Origin: Chloroflexota bacterium | Lineage (GTDB): Bacteria > Chloroflexota > Anaerolineae > UBA1429 | Direction of reading: 5' to 3' | DNA: 64,000 nucleotides | Assembly (NCBI GenBank): GCA_034722245.1 | Contig: JAYENT010000091.1 | Coordinates: 51,492 to 115,491 of the forward strand | In this document: piece after piece, positions 1 through 10,017 of the stretch | How positions within the stretch are numbered: the stretch's first letter is position 1 | Layout: every line of letters begins with the position of its first letter | Notes under the pieces: model-generated | What the model was told of the DNA's origin: nothing | Seen by the model: the letters and a program-made list of their open reading frames with translations, nothing else | Databases searched by the model: none | Program-made: the position numbers and the translations under genes

Positions 1-232
1 CATAGCCTATCCAATCCTCCAGATTTCCCTCGTGAACCTTGTACCGATCAGCAGCAAAATGTCCAAAAGACCCACTGCCGTGGCCCAGCACCAATTGCAT
101 ATCATCCCGAGCATCCAAGGCCATCCGAATCTCTTTGGCGACGCGCGAGATAACGGCAGGCCGAGGCGTTTCATAGCGCCGTTTGTCCGTGATGAGCGAG
201 CCCCCAAGTTTGAGAAAGACGAGTTCGCCCAT
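1..232 (-). CDS. Amino-acid-kinase family protein, isopentenyl phosphate kinase-like (5' fragment; gene runs off the window start)
   Basis: Reverse-strand translation from ATG at 232-230 gives MGELVFLKLGGSLITDK...LVLGHGSGSFGHFAADRY, the KLGGS / GxGxFGH signature of the IPK/FomA kinase family. RBS GGAGG lies about 12 nt upstream inside the rnz 3' end, 6 nt after the rnz stop. Not in the ORF track because it has no in-window stop. Confidence 0.55.
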   Translation of the reverse strand, partial: MGELVFLKLGGSLITDKRRYETPRPAVISRVAKEIRMALDARDDMQLVLGHGSGSFGHFAADRYKVHEGNLEDWIGY

Positions 233-238
233 GGTCAA

Positions 239-1183
239 TCACCTTCCTCCCCGTTCAACCTTGTCCACAGCACCGCGAACGACGCGATAGTGGTCAAGAT
301 CCCGGGGCACAATCGTATCGGGGAAAATGGCCTGAGCCTCTCGCGCGATCTGATACTCCGAGTAACGTCTTGAGATATGGACCAGAAACAGATAGTGCAC
401 CTGGGCGGCATGCGCCAACTCTGCCGCCTCTGCAGCCGTGAGATGGCCAAAGCGATCAGCCAACTCCTTATCACGCGCCAGGTATGTGGATTCGATGACC
501 AGAGCATCCGCCCCGTGACATACATCGAGCAGGTTATCCGTGCGCGCCGCGTCCCCCACATGGACGAGCTTGGTGCCCCTCACCGCTTCGCCCAAAACCT
601 GATCGGGCTCCACAACCGTACCGTCCCCGAGCCTGATCGACTCCCCCCGTACCAGCAAGCCCCTCTCCGGTCCGCGAGGCACTCCCAGGCGCTCTGCTTT
701 CTCCGCCAAGAATGGTCGCCGACTGCTCTCCTCAAACAGGTAGCCATAGCAGCCAGGGCCCCGATGGGTCACGGGGAAAGCCGTGACTTTCATAGCGTCC
801 GACTCCCACACACATCCAGGGCGAATAGCGACCAAGTCCACATCCAGGTGTATATCGTCACCTCGCAAGACAACATCCATCAGGCCTTTGACCCGCTGCA
901 AAGCCCATTCCCCCCCATAGATGCGCAGTGTGGAGATGGACTCCCAGCGCGAAAAAGTGGAAACGAGCCCCCCAAGCCCTAGAATGTGATCCAGATGGCC
1001 GTGCGTCAACAGAATCTTGTCCATCTTTCTGAATCCCATGCCGCTGCGAAGGAGCTGCCGCTGCGTCCCCTCGCCACAATCGACGAGAAAACGCTGATCC
1101 TTATAGAGAACCAGCGCAGAGGACAAACCACGATCAACAGAGGGTGCCGAGGCAGAGGTGCCCAGAAAGACGATCTCAAACAT
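239..1183 (-). CDS. rnz: Ribonuclease Z (tRNA 3'-processing metallo-beta-lactamase endonuclease)
   Basis: 314 aa; MFEIVFLGTSASAP...LVDCGEGTQRQLL...LLTHGHLDHILGLGGL carries the HxHxDH motif and short-form RNase Z architecture. Confidence 0.85.
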   Translation of the reverse strand: MFEIVFLGTSASAPSVDRGLSSALVLYKDQRFLVDCGEGTQRQLLRSGMGFRKMDKILLTHGHLDHILGLGGLVSTFSRWESISTLRIYGGEWALQRVKGLMDVVLRGDDIHLDVDLVAIRPGCVWESDAMKVTAFPVTHRGPGCYGYLFEESSRRPFLAEKAERLGVPRGPERGLLVRGESIRLGDGTVVEPDQVLGEAVRGTKLVHVGDAARTDNLLDVCHGADALVIESTYLARDKELADRFGHLTAAEAAELAHAAQVHYLFLVHISRRYSEYQIAREAQAIFPDTIVPRDLDHYRVVRGAVDKVERGGR

Positions 1184-1323
1184 CCAATGATCGTCTTTCT
1201 GGCATCCCGCTTCCTTGAATCATGATCCTAGCACAGCGAAAACTCGATTCCCACATGGCGTCCCAACATTCCAGCGACAAACAACACCCGGTACGCAACT
1301 GAGCAAGCGCCACGCCCCAAGGC

Positions 1324-3057
1324 CTATTTTTTCTCCACAACGTCTTCCCAGGGGCCTTCAAGTCCATCCTCGTTGACGCCATAATAAACGCGGACGCCTC
1401 CGTCGGGCATCTTTTGCACGAGATCGTAGTGATCTCGCCCTGCTCGCTTGTATTTATGCCAAAGCCCCAGGCTGCCATCCCAGGATACTTTATCTTCATT
1501 GAAAATGCCCTTTTCCTTGAGGGCTATTGCGTAGCGCCATAGCCTTCGAGCGGACGAGCGGGTGACGTCGTCGACCTCATTGCCATTACGCAGATCGCGC
1601 ATGGTATGATACAACTCGCCATTGCGTTTCTCCGACTTGACAATCTCGACGCCCGAGCGGGGAGGCTGCACAGCCCCCTCCGGCGCTTCTATCTCCCTTT
1701 CTCTTTCACGTTCACTTGGCGCCTCGCGTTCCCCCTGCTTCGGCTCTCGCTCAGGGCGTCGTTCCTTTACCAACGGCGGTCCCCCCTCTCTAAGAACCTC
1801 CCCCACAAGGGTAATGATCTGGTCACGCATGGCCAACTCACTCCTCGCCCCCTGGCGAACATAGATCTTGCTTCCCTCAAGCACATAAGGGCGCTCATCG
1901 CCCTGAGGAATGTCTATGCGGATGACATGCTTGCCCTCCGTCTCGAGCGCTGTCATATTGACATCAAGAGGCGGGCTGATCAGACGCTTGATCTCCGAGC
2001 CAAGCCTTCCCATTGCCTGATCTGGATCGCCGACACCTTTAGGAGGAGCCTTAGGATCCGCCTTTACGCCCACATAGATGTGGCCTCCCTTTGTATTAGC
2101 AAAGGCCGCCACATCACGCACGATGGCGTACAAGCATCCGCCCTCACGCTTCATATGCTCATGGAAGCTTCGCTGCTCCGTCTGCCCCGCTTTCCGTGCA
2201 CGCTCCACTTTGCCAGGACGGGCCGGAGCATGCCGCTTGTAAGGACGCGTACGCGAGAAATCATCGGTCAAAAAGAGCTCCTTTAACGCGTCAAAGCTCA
2301 ACTCTGGCAATAGGAAATCCGTAGCGCGATCTCCCACGCCCAAGTGATTTCCCTTGCGGGTAAGGCGATGCGCATCAGAGCCCTGAATACAGTGCATGCG
2401 GCGAGGATACTGCGGCTTGGACCCGTCAAAGAAGGCCTTCGTCGTATGCCTTCCCCGCTTTTCCAGATCTGTGACCTCAAGCGCATGAAGGTTCTCGTTC
2501 TGCGTATAGGATATACGCGTTTGCCCTCCAAAGTTCAATCGCATCATGGCCACACCGTGATTCGAGTCGGCATGGGCCGCAATGACGAGCGCTCCTGCCT
2601 CAGCCATGGTGCGGTAGGCGGTGATGACATCACTTGTGGAGCCGACCTCCGTCTCTCCCTCCCCGATCAAGTCGATGGGCACGTTGAGATCGATCAGTAC
2701 ATGCTCCAGCGCCCTCACGGGAGTATCCTTGTCAAAGATACCCAGAATGTGAAAGCCAAAAGTCGCTGTCAGCTCAAAGCCTGGCAGCACCAGCATCTTG
2801 TCCAGAAGCCGTTGATACTCTTCTAATTGCTGTTCCTCCTCTGGGGTGATTCGCCCCGTCTCCCTCCAACGTTCCAGGTCTGCTATTTCGCGCTGCATCT
2901 CTGCGTAGCCCGCGACAGTATTGTGATCAGTAAAGGCCACTATGCGTAAGCCTTTGGACTCTGCTTGTTTCAGAATATCCAAATATGTGATTTCGGGTTG
3001 TTGATAATCCTTGGAGCCAGGCGTATGTATATGGAGATCGCCTCCATACCATTTCAT
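1324..3057 (-). CDS. PHP-domain metal-dependent phosphoesterase fused to an AlbA_2 (Schlafen-like, 'divergent AAA') domain and an unassigned roughly 100-aa C-terminal domain
   Basis: N-terminal GDLHIHT...FTDHN...AAHADS...IQGSDAH is a PHP histidine/aspartate metal-site pattern. The middle [24 protein letters not shown]...[15 protein letters not shown] is AlbA_2-like. A charged ERERERE linker and a C-terminal domain follow. Start chosen at MKWYGG (3057) because it forms an ATGA overlap with the lon stop; the ORF-track start at 3102 would overlap lon by 49 nt. Confidence 0.7.
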   Translation of the reverse strand: MKWYGGDLHIHTPGSKDYQQPEITYLDILKQAESKGLRIVAFTDHNTVAGYAEMQREIADLERWRETGRITPEEEQQLEEYQRLLDKMLVLPGFELTATFGFHILGIFDKDTPVRALEHVLIDLNVPIDLIGEGETEVGSTSDVITAYRTMAEAGALVIAAHADSNHGVAMMRLNFGGQTRISYTQNENLHALEVTDLEKRGRHTTKAFFDGSKPQYPRRMHCIQGSDAHRLTRKGNHLGVGDRATDFLLPELSFDALKELFLTDDFSRTRPYKRHAPARPGKVERARKAGQTEQRSFHEHMKREGGCLYAIVRDVAAFANTKGGHIYVGVKADPKAPPKGVGDPDQAMGRLGSEIKRLISPPLDVNMTALETEGKHVIRIDIPQGDERPYVLEGSKIYVRQGARSELAMRDQIITLVGEVLREGGPPLVKERRPEREPKQGEREAPSEREREREIEAPEGAVQPPRSGVEIVKSEKRNGELYHTMRDLRNGNEVDDVTRSSARRLWRYAIALKEKGIFNEDKVSWDGSLGLWHKYKRAGRDHYDLVQKMPDGGVRVYYGVNEDGLEGPWEDVVEKK

Positions 3058-5570
3058 GTCCCGATTATCCCGCCCTCCTCTATTTCCATTATTCCTTGCC
3101 ACTTTTTCTTTCCTTCCAAATTGTCGAAAGCGGCCTCAAGAACCTGCTCGACGTGATCGACAAGAATGAACTCCATCTCGTCGCACACTTCCTGAGGCAC
3201 TTCGTCTAAATCCTTTTCGTTTCTCTGCGGTAAACAAACATACTCAAGCCCTGCGCGGTGCGCCGCCAATACCTTTTCCTTGACTCCCCCGACGGGCAAC
3301 ACTTGGCCTCGCAACGTAATCTCGCCAGTCATACCCAGTTTGCCATTCACTGGTACGTCCTTCAGCAGTGAAGCCATGGCCGTACACATGGCCACGCCAG
3401 CAGAAGGCCCATCCTTGGGAATCGCTCCCGCAGGAACATGAAGATGAATATCTATACTGCCAAAAATGTCTTCCTCTATGCCCAGTTCTGCCGCCTTGGA
3501 GCGCACGTAGCTCAGGGCGGCCTGGGCCGACTCTTTCATAACGGTGCCCAACTTGCCCGTCACGGAAAAATTTCCACTTCCTTTCATCTTGGTCGCCTCA
3601 ATGAAGAGAATGTCCCCTCCTGACGGAGTCCACGCTAATCCTGTCGCCACCCCCGGAATTTGGGTACGTTCGGCCACCTCGAAAAAGTAAACGGGCTTGC
3701 CAAGATAATCCGTCACCGTGTCTTCTGAAATGACAAGTTGCCCCGAAAACCCCTCCGCTACTTTGGTGGCTACCTTGCGGCAGATGGCACCAATCCTTCG
3801 TTCCAGTTCACGTACCCCAGCCTCCCGCGTGTATTCCCGTATTATGCGGCGCAGCGCCCCCTGCTCAAAGCTGACCTCGTCAAAACGAAGGCCGTTTTCC
3901 TGGATCTGCCTGGGAATCAAGTACCCCTCAGCGATGGCGACCTTTTCGTGCTCCGTATAGCCGGAAAGCTTGAGCGTCTCCATCCGGTCCTGCAGGGCCG
4001 CAGGGACTGTGTCCAACACGTTGGCGGTCGTGATGAACATAACCTGCGACAGATCAAAGGGAACATCGAGATAATGATCCCGAAACTCGCAGTTCTGCTC
4101 GGGATCTAGCACCTCCAGCAACGCCGATGCGGGATCGCCCCTGAAATCGGATCCTATCTTGTCCACCTCATCCAGCATAAACACTGGATTACGCGAGCCC
4201 ACACGCCGGATAGCCTGGATAATGCGGCCGGGCATGGCCCCAATATAGGTACGACGATGCCCTCGTATCTCGGCCTCGTCATGCATGCCCCCCAGGGATT
4301 GCCTCACGAACTTGCGGCCCAGGGCACGGGCGATGGAACGTCCCAGCGACGTCTTGCCCACACCAGGAGGGCCAACCAAACAGAGAATGACCCCTTCGCG
4401 TTCCCGACGAATGTGATCAACGGACCGATCTTGATGCTCAATTGCTTCCGCCTCGGACTTTCCATCACCACGTTCATGCCGAAGCTTGCGTACGGCAAGG
4501 TACTCGATGATACGATCTTTGACACGTTGAAGATCGTAATGATCCTCATCCAACACGCGACGGGCCGCGCCGATATCCAAATTATCCTCTGTAATTGACT
4601 GCCAAGGCAGCTCCGTGAGCCAGTCCAGATAGGTGCGAATCACCGAATACTCGGCTGCGGCGGGAGGCAGCTTCGCCAGACGATCCAACTCGCGCAGGGC
4701 CTCCGCTTTCGCCTCCTTTGGCATCCCAACGGCCTCTATCTTTTCCTCAAGCTCATGAATCTCTGCTGCTTGCCCATCCTCCTCTCCCAACTCCCTCCTG
4801 ATCGCCTTCAATTGCTCACGCAAAAAGTACTCCCGTTGCACTTCCTCTATGCCAGACTGGGCATCGGACTGGATCTTTCTTCCCAGCTCTAGCACGTCGA
4901 CTTCTCGCGTAAGCGCACTGAAAAGGCGAAAGAGTTTGTCGGTTACACTATCCAACTCCAGAATCTCTTCGCGTACCTCAACGTCCATACGGGTACTGGT
5001 GGCGACCATGTAGGCCAACTGCCTTGGGTCACCGGTATCGAGTACGTTGCCAGCGATCTCTTCGGGAATGTATCCCGCCAGATCCACCAGGCGCTCAAAC
5101 AGATCTCCGATATTGCGCACCAGGGCTTCAACCTCGACGCCAGTCTCTATCGTATCCGGTGCGACTTCAATTTTGGCGCGCATATATGGCTCCAATTGGG
5201 TGAACTCGGATATCCGAATGCGCTCCAAGCCCTGCACAATGACGTGCAACGTGTCATCGGGCGAACGCGCCAACCGATGAATCATGCCGATAGTGCCCAC
5301 CTCATACAGGTCATCTGGCGTGGGGTCCTGAATTGTTGGATCTTTGACAGCCACCAAAGCCACCAATCGATCCGTGAGCACAGTATCATCAATCAAACGT
5401 ACGGAGCGGGGTCTCTCTACCACAAGAGGCAACACTGTTAGAGGAAATATCACAGTATTCCTCAGAGGAAGAACGGGTAATTCGTCAGGAAACGAAAGTT
5501 CATCCTCCATCGACTCGCCAACGATCTCCTCTTCGATTATGCCTTTTCTCAAAAGGCTAGAAAAATCCAT
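3054..5570 (-). CDS. lon: ATP-dependent Lon protease (LonA)
   Basis: 838 aa with a Lon N-domain ([13 protein letters not shown]), AAA+ Walker [10 protein letters not shown], and S16 catalytic DGPSAGVAM...K. Confidence 0.95.
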   Translation of the reverse strand: MDFSSLLRKGIIEEEIVGESMEDELSFPDELPVLPLRNTVIFPLTVLPLVVERPRSVRLIDDTVLTDRLVALVAVKDPTIQDPTPDDLYEVGTIGMIHRLARSPDDTLHVIVQGLERIRISEFTQLEPYMRAKIEVAPDTIETGVEVEALVRNIGDLFERLVDLAGYIPEEIAGNVLDTGDPRQLAYMVATSTRMDVEVREEILELDSVTDKLFRLFSALTREVDVLELGRKIQSDAQSGIEEVQREYFLREQLKAIRRELGEEDGQAAEIHELEEKIEAVGMPKEAKAEALRELDRLAKLPPAAAEYSVIRTYLDWLTELPWQSITEDNLDIGAARRVLDEDHYDLQRVKDRIIEYLAVRKLRHERGDGKSEAEAIEHQDRSVDHIRREREGVILCLVGPPGVGKTSLGRSIARALGRKFVRQSLGGMHDEAEIRGHRRTYIGAMPGRIIQAIRRVGSRNPVFMLDEVDKIGSDFRGDPASALLEVLDPEQNCEFRDHYLDVPFDLSQVMFITTANVLDTVPAALQDRMETLKLSGYTEHEKVAIAEGYLIPRQIQENGLRFDEVSFEQGALRRIIREYTREAGVRELERRIGAICRKVATKVAEGFSGQLVISEDTVTDYLGKPVYFFEVAERTQIPGVATGLAWTPSGGDILFIEATKMKGSGNFSVTGKLGTVMKESAQAALSYVRSKAAELGIEEDIFGSIDIHLHVPAGAIPKDGPSAGVAMCTAMASLLKDVPVNGKLGMTGEITLRGQVLPVGGVKEKVLAAHRAGLEYVCLPQRNEKDLDEVPQEVCDEMEFILVDHVEQVLEAAFDNLEGKKKWQGIMEIEEGGIIGT

Positions 5571-5610
5571 TCCCTTTCACCGCTATCCTGAGCTAACAAT
5601 TCCTACACCC

Positions 5611-5639
5611 ATTGTGCAACCATTGTGGAAAATAGTCAA
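5611..5639 (-). promoter_or_regulatory. Candidate sigma-70 promoter for lon (TTGACT-17-CACAAT) with a tandem 8-nt direct repeat CACAATGG x2
   Basis: Reverse strand reads ccccTTGACTattttccacaatggttgCACAATggg, about 60 nt upstream of the lon ATG; RBS GAAAGGGA precedes the ATG. Confidence 0.35.
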
Positions 5640-5871
5640 GGGGGATATGCAATGCCAGATGCGGGGCCAACACCCATGTGGACTCACGGGCAACGCGTCC
5701 CTATAGCCGCATACCAGATTGCCGACCACATACCAAGCGTGCCCAACAACCCCGAGACGCTGAGTATCACACACGAGCCAAGATTCCCATGAAAAAACCA
5801 CTTACATCAGATATTATATCACATTCACCTGACGAACCCAAATATAGTTGAGCTGCCGCCCGATGCATCTT

Positions 5872-5899
5872 TTGACAAAACTCACGCTTCATCTAAAAT
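5872..5899 (+). promoter_or_regulatory. Candidate sigma-70 promoter (TTGACA-16-TAAAAT) for the DUF89 gene
   Basis: tttTTGACAaaactcacgcttcatcTAAAATgac lies about 145 nt upstream of the 6044 start. Confidence 0.35.
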
Positions 5900-6043
5900 G
5901 ACATGATACGCAAAGTCACTCTATGAATGAGGTGCGTAGCTCACCTGACGCTTTCTCGATTGTGAGGTGATCTACCGGATCAGGGGGCGAGAAGATATGT
6001 ATCTACTATACGCGCGATCCATGGAAAAGACGCTACGAAGCAA

Positions 6044-6916
6044 ATGAGGACATATCCAGACTGCTATCCCTGTTTCATGCGCCAGGCTTTGGAAGCATCT
6101 CGCACTGTTGGGGCTACGCAAGAGGAACAACTTCATCTTCTCAGAAAGGTCATGCAGCAGCTTCTCCGATTGGACACTGACTGCACGCCTCCCGAAATCG
6201 GCCAAGCGGTCCACCGCATGGTTCGGGCCCAGACGGGTGTCGATGATCCCTATTTCCAACTCAAAGCCTACAGCACAGAACGTGCTCTCGCCTTGTACCC
6301 CAGACTCCAGCGCATGGTACGAGAGGCCAAGGATCCCTTTACCTGCGCGGTACGCCTGGCCATTGCAGGCAATATTATCGACTTTGCACAGGCCAACACA
6401 ACAGACAAAGTGAATAGCCTTTGGCCCTATGTTGAGGAAACTCTGCGGCAGCCGTTCACCGTAGATCATACACAAGCACTTAGTGAGGCCTTGAGCACCT
6501 CACGTGAGGTGCTATTCTTGGCTGACAACGCAGGGGAGACGGTGTTTGACCGCATATTGATCGAGAACATAGAAATACCAACCCGCTATGTGGTCAAGGG
6601 AGGCCCCACCATTAATGATGCCGTCGCGGACGATGCCCGACAAGCGGGTATCCATCGCATCGCTGAGGTCGTGAGCAGCGGTTCCGATGCACCCGGAACG
6701 CTACTGAAAGACTGCTCCCCCGAGTTCCTCCATGAATTTCGCAAGGCCTCGGTGATCATTGCCAAGGGGCAGGGCAACTACGAAACACTGAGCGATATCC
6801 GTGCCCCTATTTTCTTCCTCCTGAAGATCAAATGCCCAGTCATTGCAAAGGACATGCGCCTTGGCACGGGGTCTATTATCTGCAAAAGGAGCGAACACTA
6901 TTTTACGAGACCGTAA
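6044..6916 (+). CDS. DUF89/ARMT1-like damage-control phosphatase family protein
   Basis: 290 aa; N-terminal CYPCF motif and overall composition resemble subfamily-I DUF89 proteins; assigned by pattern recall only. Confidence 0.5.
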   Translation: MRTYPDCYPCFMRQALEASRTVGATQEEQLHLLRKVMQQLLRLDTDCTPPEIGQAVHRMVRAQTGVDDPYFQLKAYSTERALALYPRLQRMVREAKDPFTCAVRLAIAGNIIDFAQANTTDKVNSLWPYVEETLRQPFTVDHTQALSEALSTSREVLFLADNAGETVFDRILIENIEIPTRYVVKGGPTINDAVADDARQAGIHRIAEVVSSGSDAPGTLLKDCSPEFLHEFRKASVIIAKGQGNYETLSDIRAPIFFLLKIKCPVIAKDMRLGTGSIICKRSEHYFTRP

Positions 6917-7198
6917 GCTATGTGGCGGGGGGAGTCGGGAGCCCGAGGTGCGCTTCTACAATCGGAAAAACCCGGCATCGCAATGCGCTCCGGGCCTGTT
7001 CTCAAAACCATACCGTATAGTACGCCTAGATTGGATTTTGGCCAGATACTATGCAGAACATATAATTCAAAGAGATGCGGGTACAACGTGCGGGCGGCTC
7101 CAAATTGCAAACCACTACAGGCTGTATCCGAACTTTTACTCTGCATCGAAACTGGATCAAGTACAGACTAAAGAGAATCATATCGAGGAGACGGTGTT

Positions 7199-7603
7199 AT
7201 GAGGATCGCTGTTACATCTGGTGGAGACCACCTGGAAGCTCCCCTATCGCCCGTGTTCGGACGATGCCCGGCCTACCTGCTCGTCGACACGGAGACAATG
7301 GAATACGAGATAGTATCAAATCCCGCCTCTGGCGCCATGGGTGGCGCTGGTGTACAGGCAGCCCAGTTCATAGTCCAAAAAAAGGTTGAGGCCGTAATCA
7401 CCGGCAACATGGGACCTAACGCCTACGCCGTGCTGGAAGCGGCCAACATCCCAACCTATCTTGCAGAGGCAGGAACGGTGCAGCAAGCCATCGACGCCTT
7501 CAAGACGGGAGAGTTGGAAACGGTGGTCAAAGCCAATGTCGCCAGACACTTTGGCACCGGCGGCGGACGGGGGCGGGGTATGGGCAGAGGATGGCGCAGA
7601 TAG
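7199..7603 (+). CDS. NifX/NifB-like dinitrogenase FeMo-cofactor-binding domain protein with a Gly/Arg-rich C-terminal tail
   Basis: 134 aa; MRIAVTSGGDHLEAPLSPVFGRCPAYLLVD...AVITGNMGPNA matches the PF02579 pattern; tail GTGGGRGRGMGRGWRR. Confidence 0.65.
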   Translation: MRIAVTSGGDHLEAPLSPVFGRCPAYLLVDTETMEYEIVSNPASGAMGGAGVQAAQFIVQKKVEAVITGNMGPNAYAVLEAANIPTYLAEAGTVQQAIDAFKTGELETVVKANVARHFGTGGGRGRGMGRGWRR

Positions 7604-7675
7604 GGAACATTCTATCGCTTACCCGGGCCCCAACCTACGTCACCATCGGTCCCTTGTTGAGATGGAAGCGCTTTC

Positions 7676-7704
7676 TTGACCAGGCCGTCTCTCTAAAGTA
7701 CACT
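7676..7704 (+). promoter_or_regulatory. Candidate sigma-70 promoter (TTGACC-17-TACACT), followed by the 6-bp inverted repeat ATGCAC-N7-GTGCAT (7716-7734)
   Basis: cTTGACCaggccgtctctctaaagTACACT lies upstream of the lipoprotein gene; the palindrome is a possible operator. Confidence 0.3.
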
Positions 7705-7738
7705 GGCAAAGCATTATGCACAGCAAACGTGCATAGGT

Positions 7739-9064
7739 ATGGCATGCGAAGCGCGGCCACAAGCCCCCTATCCTTTTGGGGAAGTGCCCTTCTCAGACAT
7801 TCAAGCACCGATCATTTGTCAGCGTATCATCGGGAGACCACTCGAAACCGTGACAAAGCTCGCAATCCCTGAGCACCTAACGTTCCTACTGGCACTCGCA
7901 CTCATCCTCGTGCCTTCCGGCTGCGTCTCCCGCCCTCTTCTGCACGATGTCTCCATACGTCCCCAGACCATATCTCCCAACGCGGACGGCGTGGAGGATG
8001 TCGCAGAGATCAAGTATTCCCTATCAAGACAATCGCGGATCACCATATATCTCGTTGATCAAGATGGCAACCGCCATTACTTTCGGGATGGCAACCGACG
8101 CTCAAAAGGCGAACGCACGGCCTACTTTGGCGGCGTGATCGATGGCACACTCCTGCCCGATGGCCAATACACGTGCTTCTTCGTGGCAGAGGATGAACAC
8201 GGCTACGCTGAACGCCTGGAGACAAAGCTTATAATCTCAGGAGGAGACAAGGTTCCCCTCCGCATCGAAAACCTCAATATCTGGCCTCAAGCGTTCACAC
8301 CCAATCGGGACGGCATTACGGACAGGGTTACCATCGGCTACAACCTCAACAAGCAGGCCGAACTGGTAGAGGTATACTTGCTGGATGATGAGGGTAATAA
8401 ATATCCTGTCCCCGAAGACGAGATCCGCGAGATGGGCGCTCCGGGCACCCACGAACACGATTACGATGCAGGAATCGACCGCGGCGCTACCCCTCCCCCA
8501 GATGGTACCTACATTGTCATCGTGGAGGCGGTGGACGCCGTGGGTAACGAGGCGAAAGAGACAGGTGAATTGACTATACGCGGCGGGGGCGTGCCACGGG
8601 TGGAGATTGTCAACCGTGCAGCGAAATTCTCGCCTCAGGTTGTTTCCCTGGGCGAGACCCTCACATTTACGTGCACAGTAAAGAACATCGGAACCGTGCC
8701 CGTGCGCACCAAAGGGCCAGAGCCGGGAACAACCTATAGCACTTCCCAGAACTTTAATACCCTCGGCGAACATCTGGAGCCAGGTATATTTCGCGTGGGG
8801 CTGGACTTTGAGGGCAATAGTCTGGGGCGCACATATCCTTTTCGGTGGCAACTGGGGATGGATGAGGATCTTGAGGTAATAGAGACAGAGATCGGTTACG
8901 AGAAGTACCTCATGCCCGACCATACGGTCACCGTCGTGGGGCATTTGCGCATCGACGACCGCCCCTTCGACGCCAAACCCTACTACTGGATAGGGTTGAT
9001 CCATGAGGAAGTGGAAATCGTTCAGGACAACGTCGAGCCCACACAGATCGCCATCGCCTTCTAA
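7739..9064 (+). CDS. Secreted lipoprotein with two FlgD-Ig-like repeats and a CARDB-like C-terminal domain
   Basis: The signal/lipobox LTFLLALALILVPSGC suggests the true start is near GTG around 7850. Repeats are SPNADGVEDVAEIKYSL...IYLVDQDGN and TPNRDGITDRVTIGYNL...VYLLDDEGN; the later block PQVVSLGETLTFTCTVKNIGTVPV is CARDB-like. Confidence 0.6.
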   Translation: MACEARPQAPYPFGEVPFSDIQAPIICQRIIGRPLETVTKLAIPEHLTFLLALALILVPSGCVSRPLLHDVSIRPQTISPNADGVEDVAEIKYSLSRQSRITIYLVDQDGNRHYFRDGNRRSKGERTAYFGGVIDGTLLPDGQYTCFFVAEDEHGYAERLETKLIISGGDKVPLRIENLNIWPQAFTPNRDGITDRVTIGYNLNKQAELVEVYLLDDEGNKYPVPEDEIREMGAPGTHEHDYDAGIDRGATPPPDGTYIVIVEAVDAVGNEAKETGELTIRGGGVPRVEIVNRAAKFSPQVVSLGETLTFTCTVKNIGTVPVRTKGPEPGTTYSTSQNFNTLGEHLEPGIFRVGLDFEGNSLGRTYPFRWQLGMDEDLEVIETEIGYEKYLMPDHTVTVVGHLRIDDRPFDAKPYYWIGLIHEEVEIVQDNVEPTQIAIAF

Positions 9065-10016
9065 GGGTTCGCCTGTGGAACTTGGTATCGCCATCGTCAG
9101 CTATAACACCCGAGACCTCACCGCTGGCTGCCTGGCCTCTGTGTATCAAGAGATGGAAACCTCCGGACTGTGCGGCCAAGTATGGGTTGTGGACAACGCT
9201 TCGAAGGACGGCAGCGCAGAGATGGTCAAAGCCCGCTTTCCCCAGACACACCTTGTCGCCAATGAGGAGAACGTAGGCTTTGCGCGCGCGACCAACATGG
9301 CCATAGCCCAGATGAAGGCATCAGGGAACCTGCCCGAGTACGTACTGCTTCTGAACCCTGATACGCGGGTACGACCCGGGGCCTTGGTGCGCATGGCCTC
9401 CTTTTTGGAGAGCCATCCCCGTGTAGCCGTGGTAGGTCCCCGGCTAACCTATGGCGACGGGACGTTTCAACACAGCGCCTTTCATTTCCCCACCCTGCTT
9501 ATGGCTTTCCTCGATTTCTGGCCCCTACACCATCAATTGCTTGACTCCAGGCTGAATGGCCGCTATCCTAAACGCCTCTACGAGGCTGGCAAGCCCTTCT
9601 CCATAGACCACCCCCTGGGCGCGGCAATGATGGTGCGCAAAGAGACGATCCAGGAAGTCGGCCTCTTGGATGACGAGTATTTTATGTACTGTGAGGAGAT
9701 CGACTGGTGCAAGCGCATCAAAGAGGCAGGCTGGGAGATATACTGCCTTCCCAGCGCCGAGATCGTTCATTTCGCGGCCCAGAGCACTCGCCAGTTCGCG
9801 GAAGAGATGTTTGTGGCCCTGTGGCGCAGCCGCTATAGGCTCTTCCAGAAACACTATGGACGCGCCTACCGTGTCGCAGCCCGCCTCATCGTCAGAGCGG
9901 GACTGTGGTACAAGATGTGGTTGTTGAAAAGAGAGAGGCGACAGGGTGAATTATCCCGTGGAGAAATGGAACGCAAAAGGGCGGCCTATCGGCACATAGC
10001 AGAATTGGAGATGTGA
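9003..10016 (+). CDS. Family 2 glycosyltransferase
   Basis: IAIVSYNTRDLTAGCLASV...VVDNASKDGS...NVGFARATN is the GT2 (DxD-containing) pattern. The ORF-track start overlaps the upstream gene by 62 nt, so the true start is probably VELGIAIV near 9075. Confidence 0.8.
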   Translation: MRKWKSFRTTSSPHRSPSPSKGSPVELGIAIVSYNTRDLTAGCLASVYQEMETSGLCGQVWVVDNASKDGSAEMVKARFPQTHLVANEENVGFARATNMAIAQMKASGNLPEYVLLLNPDTRVRPGALVRMASFLESHPRVAVVGPRLTYGDGTFQHSAFHFPTLLMAFLDFWPLHHQLLDSRLNGRYPKRLYEAGKPFSIDHPLGAAMMVRKETIQEVGLLDDEYFMYCEEIDWCKRIKEAGWEIYCLPSAEIVHFAAQSTRQFAEEMFVALWRSRYRLFQKHYGRAYRVAARLIVRAGLWYKMWLLKRERRQGELSRGEMERKRAAYRHIAELEM

Positions 10017-10017
10017 T

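Noticed and set aside
5571-6043. HrcA/CIRCE operator for lon
   Set aside because: The CIRCE half-sites TTAGCACTC/GAGTGCTAA are not present on either strand.
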